Positions 26,435 through 35,769 of a stretch of DNA of 64,000 bases are shown here, in pieces. Source of the stretch: Spirochaetota bacterium. Lineage in GTDB: Bacteria; Spirochaetota; UBA4802; JAGODF01. Positions within the stretch are counted from its first letter, which is position 1; each line of letters begins with the position of its first letter. The notes under the pieces were generated by a model that was not told where the DNA came from, did no database searches, and saw only the letters and a list, made by a program, of their open reading frames with translations. Location: positions 330,363 to 394,362 of the forward strand of contig DAIUCD010000001.1 of NCBI GenBank assembly GCA_036846345.1, given 5' to 3'. Both the position numbers and the translations under genes were made by a program.

Positions 26435-26893
26435 ATGAGAGTTTTTCTGGTACAGCATGGGGAGGCACTGGAGGAAGCCGTTAATCCTGAAAGACCTCTT
26501 TCGGAAAAGGGACTGATGCAGATGAAAAAATGCGGGGAGTTCCTGAAAAAACTGCCAACCTACCCGGCTTTGATTCTGCACAGTGATAAAAAACGTTCCC
26601 TTGAATCAGCGGAGATCATCTCCTTTGCCCTGGGCGGCATAAAAACCGAGACCCGTCCCTACATCGCTCCCAATGATGACATTGACAAGATGCTCAAGGA
26701 GATTGAAAAGCAGAATGAATCGGTTCTGATAGCCGGGCATATGCCTTTTTTAAGGAAACTCCTGGATGCACTGATAAAAAGGAAGGGGACTGAACCTGTT
26801 ATTGAGTTTTGCAACGGATCGCCTTTGATCCTTGTTCGCAGTGATAGGGGATATGTTATTGAGACATACATCAAAAATGAATTTATAAAATAA
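26435..26893 (+). CDS. sixA: Phosphohistidine phosphatase SixA
   Basis: MRVFLVQHGEA..ERPLS.KG, HSDKKRS..SA, LIAGHMP. Start could be TTG at 26426. Confidence 0.8.
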   Translation: MRVFLVQHGEALEEAVNPERPLSEKGLMQMKKCGEFLKKLPTYPALILHSDKKRSLESAEIISFALGGIKTETRPYIAPNDDIDKMLKEIEKQNESVLIAGHMPFLRKLLDALIKRKGTEPVIEFCNGSPLILVRSDRGYVIETYIKNEFIK

Positions 26894-26926
26894 AAAAAAC
26901 TGATCCTGGAAGATCAGCTTTTTTTT
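26893..26926. terminator. Bidirectional intrinsic terminator
   Basis: A-tract, CTGATC-CTGGAA-GATCAG, T-tract between convergent sixA and thiolase. Confidence 0.65.
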
Positions 26927-26945
26927 TCACTTTCACATCTGATGC

Positions 26946-28121
26946 TTATCTCTCCAAGATAAGAGCAGAACCTTGGCCGCCGCCTATGCAGAGTGTAGCG
27001 AGGCCTTTCTTGGCATCCCGCTTGATCATCTCATACATTAGTGTAGTGAGAATACGGCCTCCGGAGGCCCCGATCGGGTGCCCGATGGCAATGGCGCCAC
27101 CGTTAACGTTGACCTTCGACGTATCCCAGCCCATTTCGCGGTTCACGGCCACAGCCTGCGAGGCAAAGGCTTCGTTGGCCTCAATCAGATCCAGATCCTT
27201 GACGTTCCATCCTGCGAGTTTGAGTGCTTTTTGGCTGGAGGGGATGGGGCCGGTTCCCATGATGGCCGGATCGACACCGGCGGAAGCGTAGGAAACAATG
27301 CGTGCCATGGGCTTAATGCCCAGCTTGCCTGCTTTTTCCGCAGACATTACTACAATAGCGGCGGCTCCGTCATTGATGCCGGAAGCGTTACCCGCTGTTA
27401 CGACGCCGTCAGGCTTGAAGGCTGGTTTAAGTTTGGCGAGGGCGTCGAGGGTAGTCCCGAAACGAGGGAATTCATCAGTGTCAAAGAGTTCTACGCCCTT
27501 CCTGGTCTTGATTTCGACTGGAACAATTTCATCCTTGAAACGGCCTGATTTGATGGCCTGTTCCGCCTTTTGCTGACTTCCCAGGGCGAATTCATCAAGC
27601 TCCTGCCGGGTTAGCTTCCATTTCTCGGCAACATTTTCTGCCGTTATGCCCATATGGTATTGGTTGAAGGCATCCCAGAGGCCGTCCTTTATCATAATGT
27701 CTATGATCTTGCCATCCCCCATGCGGTATCCCCAGCGGGAATTGAGCAAACCATAGGGGGCTGCGCTCATGTTTTCGATTCCCCCAGCGATGATTATCTC
27801 AGCGTCACCGGCCTTGATGAGCTGGGCGGCAAGGGATACGGATCGGAGGCCGGAGGCGCAAACCTTGTTGATGGTCATGGCAGGCACTTCCTTGGGTATG
27901 CCGGAGTAAATGAGAACCTGACGGGCGACATTCTGGCCCTGGGCTGCCTGTAAAACATTTCCGAGTATGACTTCATCAACCATGCCAGGCTCAATCCCGG
28001 CTCGCTTTATGGCTTCTTTGACAACGGTTACTCCCATCTGTACTGCGGGGACGTCTTTTAATGCGCCCCCGAAACTTCCTACAGGCGTTCTTACGATCGA
28101 AGCTATTACAACGTCCTTCAT
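26946..28121 (-). CDS. Acetyl-CoA C-acetyltransferase (thiolase)
   Basis: [31 protein letters not shown]. Confidence 0.97.
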   Translation of the reverse strand: MKDVVIASIVRTPVGSFGGALKDVPAVQMGVTVVKEAIKRAGIEPGMVDEVILGNVLQAAQGQNVARQVLIYSGIPKEVPAMTINKVCASGLRSVSLAAQLIKAGDAEIIIAGGIENMSAAPYGLLNSRWGYRMGDGKIIDIMIKDGLWDAFNQYHMGITAENVAEKWKLTRQELDEFALGSQQKAEQAIKSGRFKDEIVPVEIKTRKGVELFDTDEFPRFGTTLDALAKLKPAFKPDGVVTAGNASGINDGAAAIVVMSAEKAGKLGIKPMARIVSYASAGVDPAIMGTGPIPSSQKALKLAGWNVKDLDLIEANEAFASQAVAVNREMGWDTSKVNVNGGAIAIGHPIGASGGRILTTLMYEMIKRDAKKGLATLCIGGGQGSALILER

Positions 28122-28275
28122 AATACCTCGCTTTTCAATAAAAATTGGATTGAAATCAAAACCCTGTTAACACGCATCTGCCTGATTGCCGCAGGGAGGA
28201 GAAGAGCGTATTTAAGGGAGAAAAACCATTAACATCACCTCATATAGTAAAAACATCGATTACTATGAGAATATG

Positions 28276-29406
28276 TCAAATATAAATTGGGTTCAAACCT
28301 ATGGAAAAGAGATAACCAAGAAGATTAGAACTTTTCCTGTTGAGCATGATTTCTCCGGAAGCAAGGGATCTTTCCACCTGGCTGACAAAGCTTTCCCCAA
28401 GGTGGTCTATCAGATTCATGATACGGTCGAATATCTCGACCGGGAGACTGTCAATAAACTCAATGAAGATTCGGACCAGTTCAGGATAATAAATGGAAAG
28501 GGTTTCCTTCAGGGTGTCGCAATGAATCCTCGTAATAATATTGGAGATGGAATGGTATATAGATCCGAGAAGAATGAGGTTTTCGATGGTATGCATGGAA
28601 AGACTGTGAAGAACTTCAATGATCCATTTGTAATTCATCACATCGATCTTGTAAATCAAATGGAGTTCGATATAGAGTATATGGAAGAGAAGAATATTGA
28701 GGTTTACCTGATCCGGAGTTATCTCAGGCAGATGACCGCTATTAAAGGAGCATGTGTGAGATATGAAATCCTGATAATAGGGGTCGCCCTCCATACCCAG
28801 TTGTGACCAGTTGCTGAATTTTCCGTCAAAGTTTTTCAGACCGATAATGGCCAGCGTCTTCAACTCCGCATCATGCTCATTTTTGGCGATCTCATAGAAA
28901 AAAGGGAGCAAATCATCATCCTTAAAACAGACGAGGGCCTTGAGGAGGGAAGACCTGATGTTAGGCTGCTCAAAGAACTCCGACATCAGCATGGGGATCA
29001 TTTCCTTCATGTGATAATGCTTTATGATCAGGATGTCTTCAAAATTGGGAATTCGCTCCTTGAGATTCTTCTTATACTCGTCCAGATCATGGAACACATA
29101 CAGATAAGATTCCAACCGCTGGGTAAGGTCGTCTATGATGTATTCTTCAATTTTCTCGTCCTGGACATTCTGTACTTCCTCCATTTCGAAGAGGATCTGA
29201 TCCAGGAGTTCGATAAAACCGATTGAGAGGTTATCGGGATTGGAGAGAAGATAGGGATTGAGAAAATCTCCGAAAGAATCGGAAACCCTGTCGGAGATGG
29301 ATCGGAGAATCTCTTTCCTGTTTTCATGGACATGAAAGAGATTATAACACTCCTGCGCCACTTCAGATAAATGCTGAGGTGTAATCTTCAATTCCCTGAT
29401 TTTCAT
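28276..29406 (-). CDS. Hypothetical alpha-helical protein with a HEAT-like segment
   Basis: Long ORF with protein-like composition; IRSSLLKALV...EIAKNEHDAELKTLAIIGL resembles a HEAT repeat. Confidence 0.65.
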   Translation of the reverse strand: MKIRELKITPQHLSEVAQECYNLFHVHENRKEILRSISDRVSDSFGDFLNPYLLSNPDNLSIGFIELLDQILFEMEEVQNVQDEKIEEYIIDDLTQRLESYLYVFHDLDEYKKNLKERIPNFEDILIIKHYHMKEMIPMLMSEFFEQPNIRSSLLKALVCFKDDDLLPFFYEIAKNEHDAELKTLAIIGLKNFDGKFSNWSQLGMEGDPYYQDFISHTCSFNSGHLPEITPDQVNLNILLFHILYIELHLIYKIDVMNYKWIIEVLHSLSMHTIENLILLGSIYHSISNIITRIHCDTLKETLSIYYPELVRIFIEFIDSLPVEIFDRIMNLIDHLGESFVSQVERSLASGEIMLNRKSSNLLGYLFSIGLNPIYI

Positions 29407-29605
29407 GTTTATTGCGGATAATCGGTGATGTCAGATTCTTTTTCCGGCCGATGGGACAATCAGGATGCAGGATCGTATTTCTGTCGAGAATTTTTTTATC
29501 ATTATTGATGATACGACCGTAAGATAGGAGAGCAGGGAAGGGCTCGTTCGTTATGTGGATTATTGTTCTTGACAACTCTGTCAAGATCATACAGTTTTCC
29601 CTCCC

Positions 29606-30496
29606 ATGGAAATTGGGCCCATCATAGACATTAATAAATGCACACTTTGCCGGAAGTGTGTGGATTTATGCCCAAAGGCAGTTCTGTCTGTCGATGGCTC
29701 CATGCTCAGCATAGGTGAGGGATGTATTCTTTGCACCCATTGTTATGATGTCTGCAAATTTAATGCGATAGGATTTGACGAGAGCCTTCGCCCATTACAG
29801 TTCCACAGTTTTTCTTATAAGGAAAAGGTTATGGGGGCCGACAGTATCTCGTCAAAGGATCTGGTGAATTTTATACGTTCCCGCAGGAGCATAAGAAGAT
29901 TTAAAGACAAATCTCTATCGGATGAGGTGCTGAGAGATCTTGTTGAATTTGCAGTATCGGCGCCATCAGGGAGTAACTGCCAGATATGGGAATTCCTGGT
30001 ATTGAACGGCAGGGACAAGGTGTATGGCCTGGCTCAGGATATTGAAAGATTTTTTGTAAAACTGAACAGGCTGGCGGCTAATCCCTGGATTCGATTTATA
30101 TCTCCTTTATTTGCCGGCAGAACCTTGATCAGGTATTATAAGAATCATTATGAATCGGTCAAGATGGGTTTGGAGGAGGCCCGAAAAGGGCATGATCTAC
30201 TGTTTCATGGGGCCCCTGCGCTCATTGTCATACACAGTTCTACAGAGGGCAGCCTCCCGAGGGATGATGCCCAGTATGCGGCCTACAATATTACGTTACT
30301 GGCGCATAGTCTGGGTTTGGGCAGCTGCTTTATCGGATATGCCTCAGAAACACTCAACCGGGCCAGGGATATACGTATAAAACTCGGCATTCCCGTTAAC
30401 AATCGGGTTCATGCTGTGCTGGTTCTGGGTTATCCGGATGTACAGTTCCATCGTCTTTCCTTACGGAAACAGTATTCGGTTGCCTTCTATCAATAA
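29606..30496 (+). CDS. Nitroreductase with N-terminal 2x[4Fe-4S] ferredoxin domain
   Basis: CTLCRKCVDLCP, CILCTHCYDVC; RSRRSIRRF, APSGSNCQ.WEF, AHSLGLGSCFIG. Confidence 0.92.
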   Translation: MEIGPIIDINKCTLCRKCVDLCPKAVLSVDGSMLSIGEGCILCTHCYDVCKFNAIGFDESLRPLQFHSFSYKEKVMGADSISSKDLVNFIRSRRSIRRFKDKSLSDEVLRDLVEFAVSAPSGSNCQIWEFLVLNGRDKVYGLAQDIERFFVKLNRLAANPWIRFISPLFAGRTLIRYYKNHYESVKMGLEEARKGHDLLFHGAPALIVIHSSTEGSLPRDDAQYAAYNITLLAHSLGLGSCFIGYASETLNRARDIRIKLGIPVNNRVHAVLVLGYPDVQFHRLSLRKQYSVAFYQ

Positions 30497-30654
30497 ACGG
30501 CACAAATATTGTAGGAGTGTAGTCTTGAGTGGTTGAGGTAAAAAATCGGAATAAATACGTTGTTTAGAACCTTGCTTTTCCCAGAATAATGGAGAAAAGG
30601 TTTTTGCAAGCTGTCATTGTTATATAAAATAAAATAAGGAACGGGATTGAAAAG

Positions 30655-30801
30655 ATGATTTATGCAATTCTAATAGCAATAGCCTCGTTGATAGCGCTTT
30701 ATCTGATGATTGATCTCCATCGGAGACGATCAAAAAAAGAAGAGATAGCCAAGGCAGATTGGCAGGATATCTGGCATGATCGTCTTAAAAGGGGAAAATA
30801 A
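30655..30801 (+). CDS. Small membrane protein (48 aa), below the ORF-track cut-off
   Basis: MIYAILIAIASLIALYLMIDLHRRRSKKEEIAKADWQDIWHDRLKRGK: TM helix followed by a basic patch; TG-extended AT-rich -10-like element upstream. Confidence 0.55.
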   Translation: MIYAILIAIASLIALYLMIDLHRRRSKKEEIAKADWQDIWHDRLKRGK

Positions 30802-31423
30802 GCATAAATACGGCTAAAATTCCCTGGATCAGAACATTGATGACGATAGATCGGTATTTATAGTAGAAAAAGCCTAGATACAGGCTAATAATGAGATATT
30901 CCGCCACGAGCCAGTAATTCCCCAGGAAGATAAAGAACATTGTCTGTATCAGCGATGCCAGTATATAGCCGCTTTTTTCCCCAATCATAATGGACAGGTT
31001 GAACTGGAAAAAGCCTCGGAAGAGAATTTCGGTAATGGGAAGTATAATGAGCAGATAAACGACAACGAATTCTGGTCCATGTACCCGGTGATTGGAACTG
31101 TAAAGTATATAGATCAACGGATACTTGAGCAGGAATTTGTTCACAAGATACAGGGTAAGCGAAAAGAAAAGGGGTGTAAGGAATATTTTAATCACATCCA
31201 GCCGGAAGATATCTTCTGTGATGATTCGCTTACTGGAAAGCAGATTCTTGTCGAACAAGAGAGAAAAAAGAATGGTCGCGAGCAGAGATATGGCATAAAT
31301 ATAGAGATAGGTAAACCCTGTGAACTTCAATAGCAAATGATGTGCCAGATAGAGTACGGGAATCACCAGAAGCATTCTGGCAGGTGGTTTATTAAAAGCA
31401 TAAAGATTGTCGGCTTTTCTCAT
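30785..31423 (-). CDS. CPBP/Abi (type II CAAX) family membrane protein, degenerate motifs
   Basis: Multi-TM; PITEILFRGFFQ, GFFYYKYRSIVINVLIQG. Confidence 0.7.
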   Translation of the reverse strand: MRKADNLYAFNKPPARMLLVIPVLYLAHHLLLKFTGFTYLYIYAISLLATILFSLLFDKNLLSSKRIITEDIFRLDVIKIFLTPLFFSLTLYLVNKFLLKYPLIYILYSSNHRVHGPEFVVVYLLIILPITEILFRGFFQFNLSIMIGEKSGYILASLIQTMFFIFLGNYWLVAEYLIISLYLGFFYYKYRSIVINVLIQGILAVFMLIFPF

Positions 31424-31511
31424 GAGAGTATTTGTTCGTTGTTCAGGGGATATGTCAAGAAATTAATACGCGTCGGATAAAAGGATATCTGACGAGATAG
31501 GGGATGGGGTT

Positions 31512-32324
31512 ATGAAAAATCTGAATAGAAAAAATGTGGTCATCACCGGTGCTGCCTCCGGGATAGGAAAGACACTGGCCTATGCCTTCGCCAAGGAGAG
31601 AGCCAATCTTGCTCTGATCGATATCGACAGAAAAAAACTGGAGGATGTGGAAAGGGATCTTGATCAGCGCCGTGTCAAGGTCTATGGTTATCGCTGTGAC
31701 ATTTCCAATCCCAATGACATGGTAAAAACCTATAAGATGATTTTAAACCAGTTCGATTCGGTCGATGTACTGATCAATAATGCCGGGATTGTTGTAGGGA
31801 AAGAATTTATTACGAGCGGATATGAAGAAATAAAAAGAGTGTTGGATATCAATCTGCTGGGTTCAATCTGGATGACTCGGCTTGTTCTTCCTGGGATGCT
31901 GGAGAAAAACAGCGGTACTGTCGTGAATATCGCATCGGCTGCGGGTATGGTGGGTATTCCCAGACTTTCGGATTACTGCGCCAGCAAGTTTGGCCTTGTG
32001 GGATTTACGGATTCGCTGCGTCTCGAACTGAAAAAAATGGGGTGCAGGGGAGTTCATGTCACCTGTGTATGCCCTTCCTTTATCAATACCGGGATGTTCC
32101 AGGGATTCAGAAAACCCCTTTTCAGCAGGGTCCTCTCTCCCGAAGAGGTTGCAGGGGCCGTTCTCAAGGCTGTAAAAAAAGAGAAGCCCTATGTCAGGCT
32201 TCCCTTTGTTGTTAAACTCATTCCTTTTTTAAAGCTCTTACCCACTTCTCTGGAGGATAAACTCTCCTATTCGCTGGGTCTTTCCCGCTCCATGGACCAT
32301 TTCCATGGAGGGGATTCCAGATAA
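31512..32324 (+). CDS. Short-chain dehydrogenase/reductase
   Basis: TGAASGIG, LINNAG, NIASAAG, YCASK. Confidence 0.95.
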   Translation: MKNLNRKNVVITGAASGIGKTLAYAFAKERANLALIDIDRKKLEDVERDLDQRRVKVYGYRCDISNPNDMVKTYKMILNQFDSVDVLINNAGIVVGKEFITSGYEEIKRVLDINLLGSIWMTRLVLPGMLEKNSGTVVNIASAAGMVGIPRLSDYCASKFGLVGFTDSLRLELKKMGCRGVHVTCVCPSFINTGMFQGFRKPLFSRVLSPEEVAGAVLKAVKKEKPYVRLPFVVKLIPFLKLLPTSLEDKLSYSLGLSRSMDHFHGGDSR

Positions 32325-32326
32325 TT

Positions 32327-32676
32327 TGGAGACGGCGGGAGTCGAACCCGCGTCCTACAACACACCCCTATGGCCTCTACATGCTTATCTCATTCCTTTG
32401 GTTTTAAGCCCCTCGACCGGGAATGAGAACCGTTCTCAGGGCCTGGTTCCCTTTGGTTTCGCTCATGTTCCGGGAACAGGAACCTTGGCTATCCTCTGTA
32501 TTTTACGCCTTCAGGCACCCCAGAGGAGCAAGCCTCCTGAAGACGCCAGCCGCTTTTAAGCAGCTAGTGCAAATTCGTTGTTTGCGTTTAATTTAGTTCC
32601 GCCATTTTTTACGAGATGACGGCGCTCGACATGCCACCATAGACGCATCATTGCAGTCGAAACCTGGATCGTCCCC
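32327..32676 (-). ncRNA. ssrA: tmRNA (SsrA), tag peptide ANNEFALAA
   Basis: 5' GGGGACG pairs with 3' CGTCTCC-A with a G3.U wobble; T-arm GCGGG-TTCGACT-CCCGC; tag reading frame GCA AAC AAC GAA TTT GCA CTA GCT GCT TAA at 32585-32556; terminal CCA not encoded. Confidence 0.97.
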
Positions 32677-32696
32677 AGATGTCGTTTGCAGAAAAT

Positions 32697-32725
32697 AATA
32701 TAGATAATATTTTTGATAGCGTCAA
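32697..32725 (-). promoter_or_regulatory. Sigma70 promoter of ssrA
   Basis: TTGACG-N17-TATATT about 20 nt upstream of the mature 5' end. Confidence 0.6.
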
Positions 32726-32895
32726 GCAATATGACTCTTTTTTTAAGGAGGTGGGGATGTTTTTCTAATTAATAATTTGCGGATGTCTAAAAGCCGAAAA
32801 AATGCTTGTTTTTTTACTACCACCAATTCAAATGGACTCAAATTGGCCTTTGCTGCGCTGATATATAAACAATACAGGTGATTTGTTAAGATATT

Positions 32896-33489
32896 ATGGC
32901 TAAGATCAAGCTGGCTCTTATCAGTGTATCGGACAAAACGGGAGTGATGGAATTCGCCAAAGAACTGGCGGCCCAGGGGGTAAAGATTCTGTCCACCGGT
33001 GGAACGGCAAAGATGCTGCGTGATGCCGGGCTAACCATCAAGGATGTATCGGAACATACTGGATTCCCTGAAATGATGGACGGCAGGGTAAAGACACTCC
33101 ATCCCAAGGTTCATGGAGGCCTTCTTGGTCTGCGCAGCAATCCCGAACATGTCAAAGTCATGAAAGAGCATAATATAGAGGAGATTGACATGGTTCTGGT
33201 CAATCTCTACCCCTTCAAGAAAACCATATCACAACCGGGCTGTACACTGGAAGACGCCATAGAAAACATAGATATCGGCGGGCCAGCCATGCTTCGTTCT
33301 GCTGCGAAGAATTTTGAGAGCGTTACGGTCATCATTGATCCTGCGGATTACAAGACTGTCATCGACGAGATGAAGAGTCATGGTGGAGTGGTGTCACGGG
33401 AAACCAATTTCAGGCTTGCCGTGAAGGTTTATGAAACCACCTCGGAATATGACAGAATGATTGCTGGTTATTTAAAAGAAAGGTGTTAA
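32896..33489 (+). CDS. purH: IMP cyclohydrolase (stand-alone N-terminal MGS-like domain of PurH)
   Basis: [55 protein letters not shown]; stops after 197 aa with no transformylase domain. Confidence 0.9.
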   Translation: MAKIKLALISVSDKTGVMEFAKELAAQGVKILSTGGTAKMLRDAGLTIKDVSEHTGFPEMMDGRVKTLHPKVHGGLLGLRSNPEHVKVMKEHNIEEIDMVLVNLYPFKKTISQPGCTLEDAIENIDIGGPAMLRSAAKNFESVTVIIDPADYKTVIDEMKSHGGVVSRETNFRLAVKVYETTSEYDRMIAGYLKERC

Positions 33490-33611
33490 GCCGTTCATTC
33501 CTTTTGAGACAATATTGGGTATGCCAGATGTAGTATCAGGCAATACTGCTTTTAACGAAGGAGTTTGCCGGTACCCGATAAAGAATAATAAAAATTTTTC
33601 GGAGGTAATAG

Positions 33612-35591
33612 ATGGCAGAAGTTACTCTTAAGGAAATCTATCCGGTTCCAGAGAAATTCAGACAGAAGGCTTATATTAAAAGCCGCGAAGAGTACGAGAA
33701 GATGTGGAAGGAATCCCTTGCTGATTCCGATGCTTTCTGGGCAAAAAAAGCCGAGGAGTATGTGACCTGGTTCAAGAAATGGGACAAGGTTCAGGATTGC
33801 AAGTATGGGAATTCTTCCAGCGATCTGCGGATCAAATGGTTCCCCGGCGGAAAGCTGAACGTATCTTACAACTGTCTTGACAGACATCTGGAGAAGAAAG
33901 GCGACCAGGTAGCTCTTATCTGGGAAGGCAATGAGCCCACAGAAGACAAAACCTTCACCTACAAACAGCTTCATGCAGAAGTTTGTAAGTTCGCCAATGT
34001 TTTAAAAACGAACGGCGTTAAGAAGGGCGATCGCGTAACTTTCTATCTGCCCATGATTCCCGAGCTTGCCATTGGTATCCTGGCCTGTACGAGAATCGGA
34101 GCGGTTCACTCCGTTGTTTTCGGCGGTTTTTCTGCCGAAGCTCTGCGGGACCGTGTTAACGACTGCGACAGCCGCGTTATCGTATCCTGCGACGGTACCT
34201 TTCGTGGCGCCAAGGCCGTTCCCCAGAAGGACAATTCCGATAAGGCCATTACGGAATGTCCCAATGTCAAACTCCACATCGTTGTCAAACGCGTGGGTGA
34301 CAAGATTCAGTGCAAATGGAATGACAAAATCGACAAATGGTGGCATGAGGAGATGGCTAAAGCCAGCGCCACCTGCGAACCCGAGCAGATGGATGCCACT
34401 GATCCTCTCTTCATCCTCTATACCTCCGGTTCTACCGGAAAACCCAAAGGGGCTATGCACGCCACCGGTGGATATCTCACTTATGTAGCTATGACTCACA
34501 AAATGATCTTCGACTATCATGATGGTGATGTGTACTGGTGTACAGCCGACATCGGATGGGTAACCGGCCACTCCTATATCGTTTACGGACCTCTGGCCAA
34601 CGGCGCCACCTCCCTCATGTTCGAAGGTGTTCCCAGCTATCCGGATTTCGGTCGGTTCTGGGCGGTTGTGGAGAAATGGAAGGTTAATATTTTCTATACT
34701 GCTCCTACCGCTATCCGCGCCATTGCCAAAGAAGGCGATTCCTGGGTTGACAAGCACAACATCAAATCCATCCAGCTCCTCGGTTCTGTTGGCGAGCCTT
34801 TGAACCCCGAAGCATGGAATTGGTACTACAACAAAATCGGCCGCGGCGAGTGCCCGATCGTTGACACATGGTGGCAGACAGAAACCGGCGGTATTCTCAT
34901 CACCCCGCTGCCCGGTGCTATCGACATCAAACCCGCTATGGCGACCGTACCCTTCTTCGGCGTAGAGCCCAGTATCGTTGACGATGCCGGCAAACCCCTT
35001 GAGGGCGTATGTGAAGGAAACCTCTGCATCAACCGGTCCTGGCCCGGACAGATGGTCGGCGTTTATGGAGATCCTCAGAGGATGTTCGACACCTATTTCA
35101 CGCAGTTCCCCGGCAAGTACTTCACCGGTGACGGATGCCGCAGAGACAAAGACGGATACTATCAGATTACCGGCCGCGTTGACGACGTTATCAACGTATC
35201 CGGACATAGAATGGGAACCGCTGAGGTAGAGTCCGCTCTCGTATCTCATCCCAAGGTTGCTGAGTCCGCCGTTGTCGGTTATCCTCATGACATCAAAGGT
35301 CAGTCCATCTACGCTTTCGTAACGCTGAATACCGGCGTGGAGAAAAGCGACGATCTGAAGAAGGAACTTGTCGCTCATGTAAGAAAGGAGATTGGACCCA
35401 TCGCTACTCCTGAAATCATACAGTGGGCGGATGCACTTCCCAAGACCAGATCCGGCAAGATCATGAGACGTATCCTCAAGAGGATCGCAGCTGGTGATTT
35501 CGACAGAAAGAACTTCGGCGACACCTCTACTCTGGCTGATCCTTCCGTTGTTGACATTCTTGTTGACGGCGCTAAGGCGGTACAGAAGTAA
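33612..35591 (+). CDS. acs: Acetyl-CoA synthetase (AMP-forming)
   Basis: [61 protein letters not shown]; SD GGAGGT. Confidence 0.98.
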   Translation: MAEVTLKEIYPVPEKFRQKAYIKSREEYEKMWKESLADSDAFWAKKAEEYVTWFKKWDKVQDCKYGNSSSDLRIKWFPGGKLNVSYNCLDRHLEKKGDQVALIWEGNEPTEDKTFTYKQLHAEVCKFANVLKTNGVKKGDRVTFYLPMIPELAIGILACTRIGAVHSVVFGGFSAEALRDRVNDCDSRVIVSCDGTFRGAKAVPQKDNSDKAITECPNVKLHIVVKRVGDKIQCKWNDKIDKWWHEEMAKASATCEPEQMDATDPLFILYTSGSTGKPKGAMHATGGYLTYVAMTHKMIFDYHDGDVYWCTADIGWVTGHSYIVYGPLANGATSLMFEGVPSYPDFGRFWAVVEKWKVNIFYTAPTAIRAIAKEGDSWVDKHNIKSIQLLGSVGEPLNPEAWNWYYNKIGRGECPIVDTWWQTETGGILITPLPGAIDIKPAMATVPFFGVEPSIVDDAGKPLEGVCEGNLCINRSWPGQMVGVYGDPQRMFDTYFTQFPGKYFTGDGCRRDKDGYYQITGRVDDVINVSGHRMGTAEVESALVSHPKVAESAVVGYPHDIKGQSIYAFVTLNTGVEKSDDLKKELVAHVRKEIGPIATPEIIQWADALPKTRSGKIMRRILKRIAAGDFDRKNFGDTSTLADPSVVDILVDGAKAVQK

Positions 35592-35616
35592 GACAAACAC
35601 TCTAATTTTGAAAAAC

Positions 35617-35650
35617 AAGGGCGGTATCTCAGGATACCGCCCTTTTTATT
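35617..35650 (+). terminator. Intrinsic terminator of acs
   Basis: AAGGGCGGTATC-TCAG-GATACCGCCCTT followed by TTTATTTT. Confidence 0.85.
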
Positions 35651-35769
35651 TTTCCTTCGGAAACTTCTTGGGATATTGGTTTATCTGTGGTGTAGAATAT
35701 TGGAAAAATGTGATTGAATAATTATCTCTGGAGTTATAATCACCATGGAAGGAAGAGGGAATCACTGGC

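Noticed and set aside
28273-28806. 177-aa plus-strand ORF
   Set aside because: Fully antisense to the longer 376-aa ORF, which has more protein-like composition.
32305-32559. 84-aa plus-strand ORF
   Set aside because: Antisense to the tmRNA; a common false call.
32700-32895. ZMP/ZTP riboswitch expected upstream of purH
   Set aside because: No GACUGGCG...CGCCUGGG-type core seen; the region is AT-rich promoter DNA.
34002-35618. 538-aa minus-strand ORF
   Set aside because: Antisense shadow of acs caused by codon bias; no protein-like features. The same applies to 17062-18153, 21667-22575, 45352-46134, 59823-60725 and similar ORFs.
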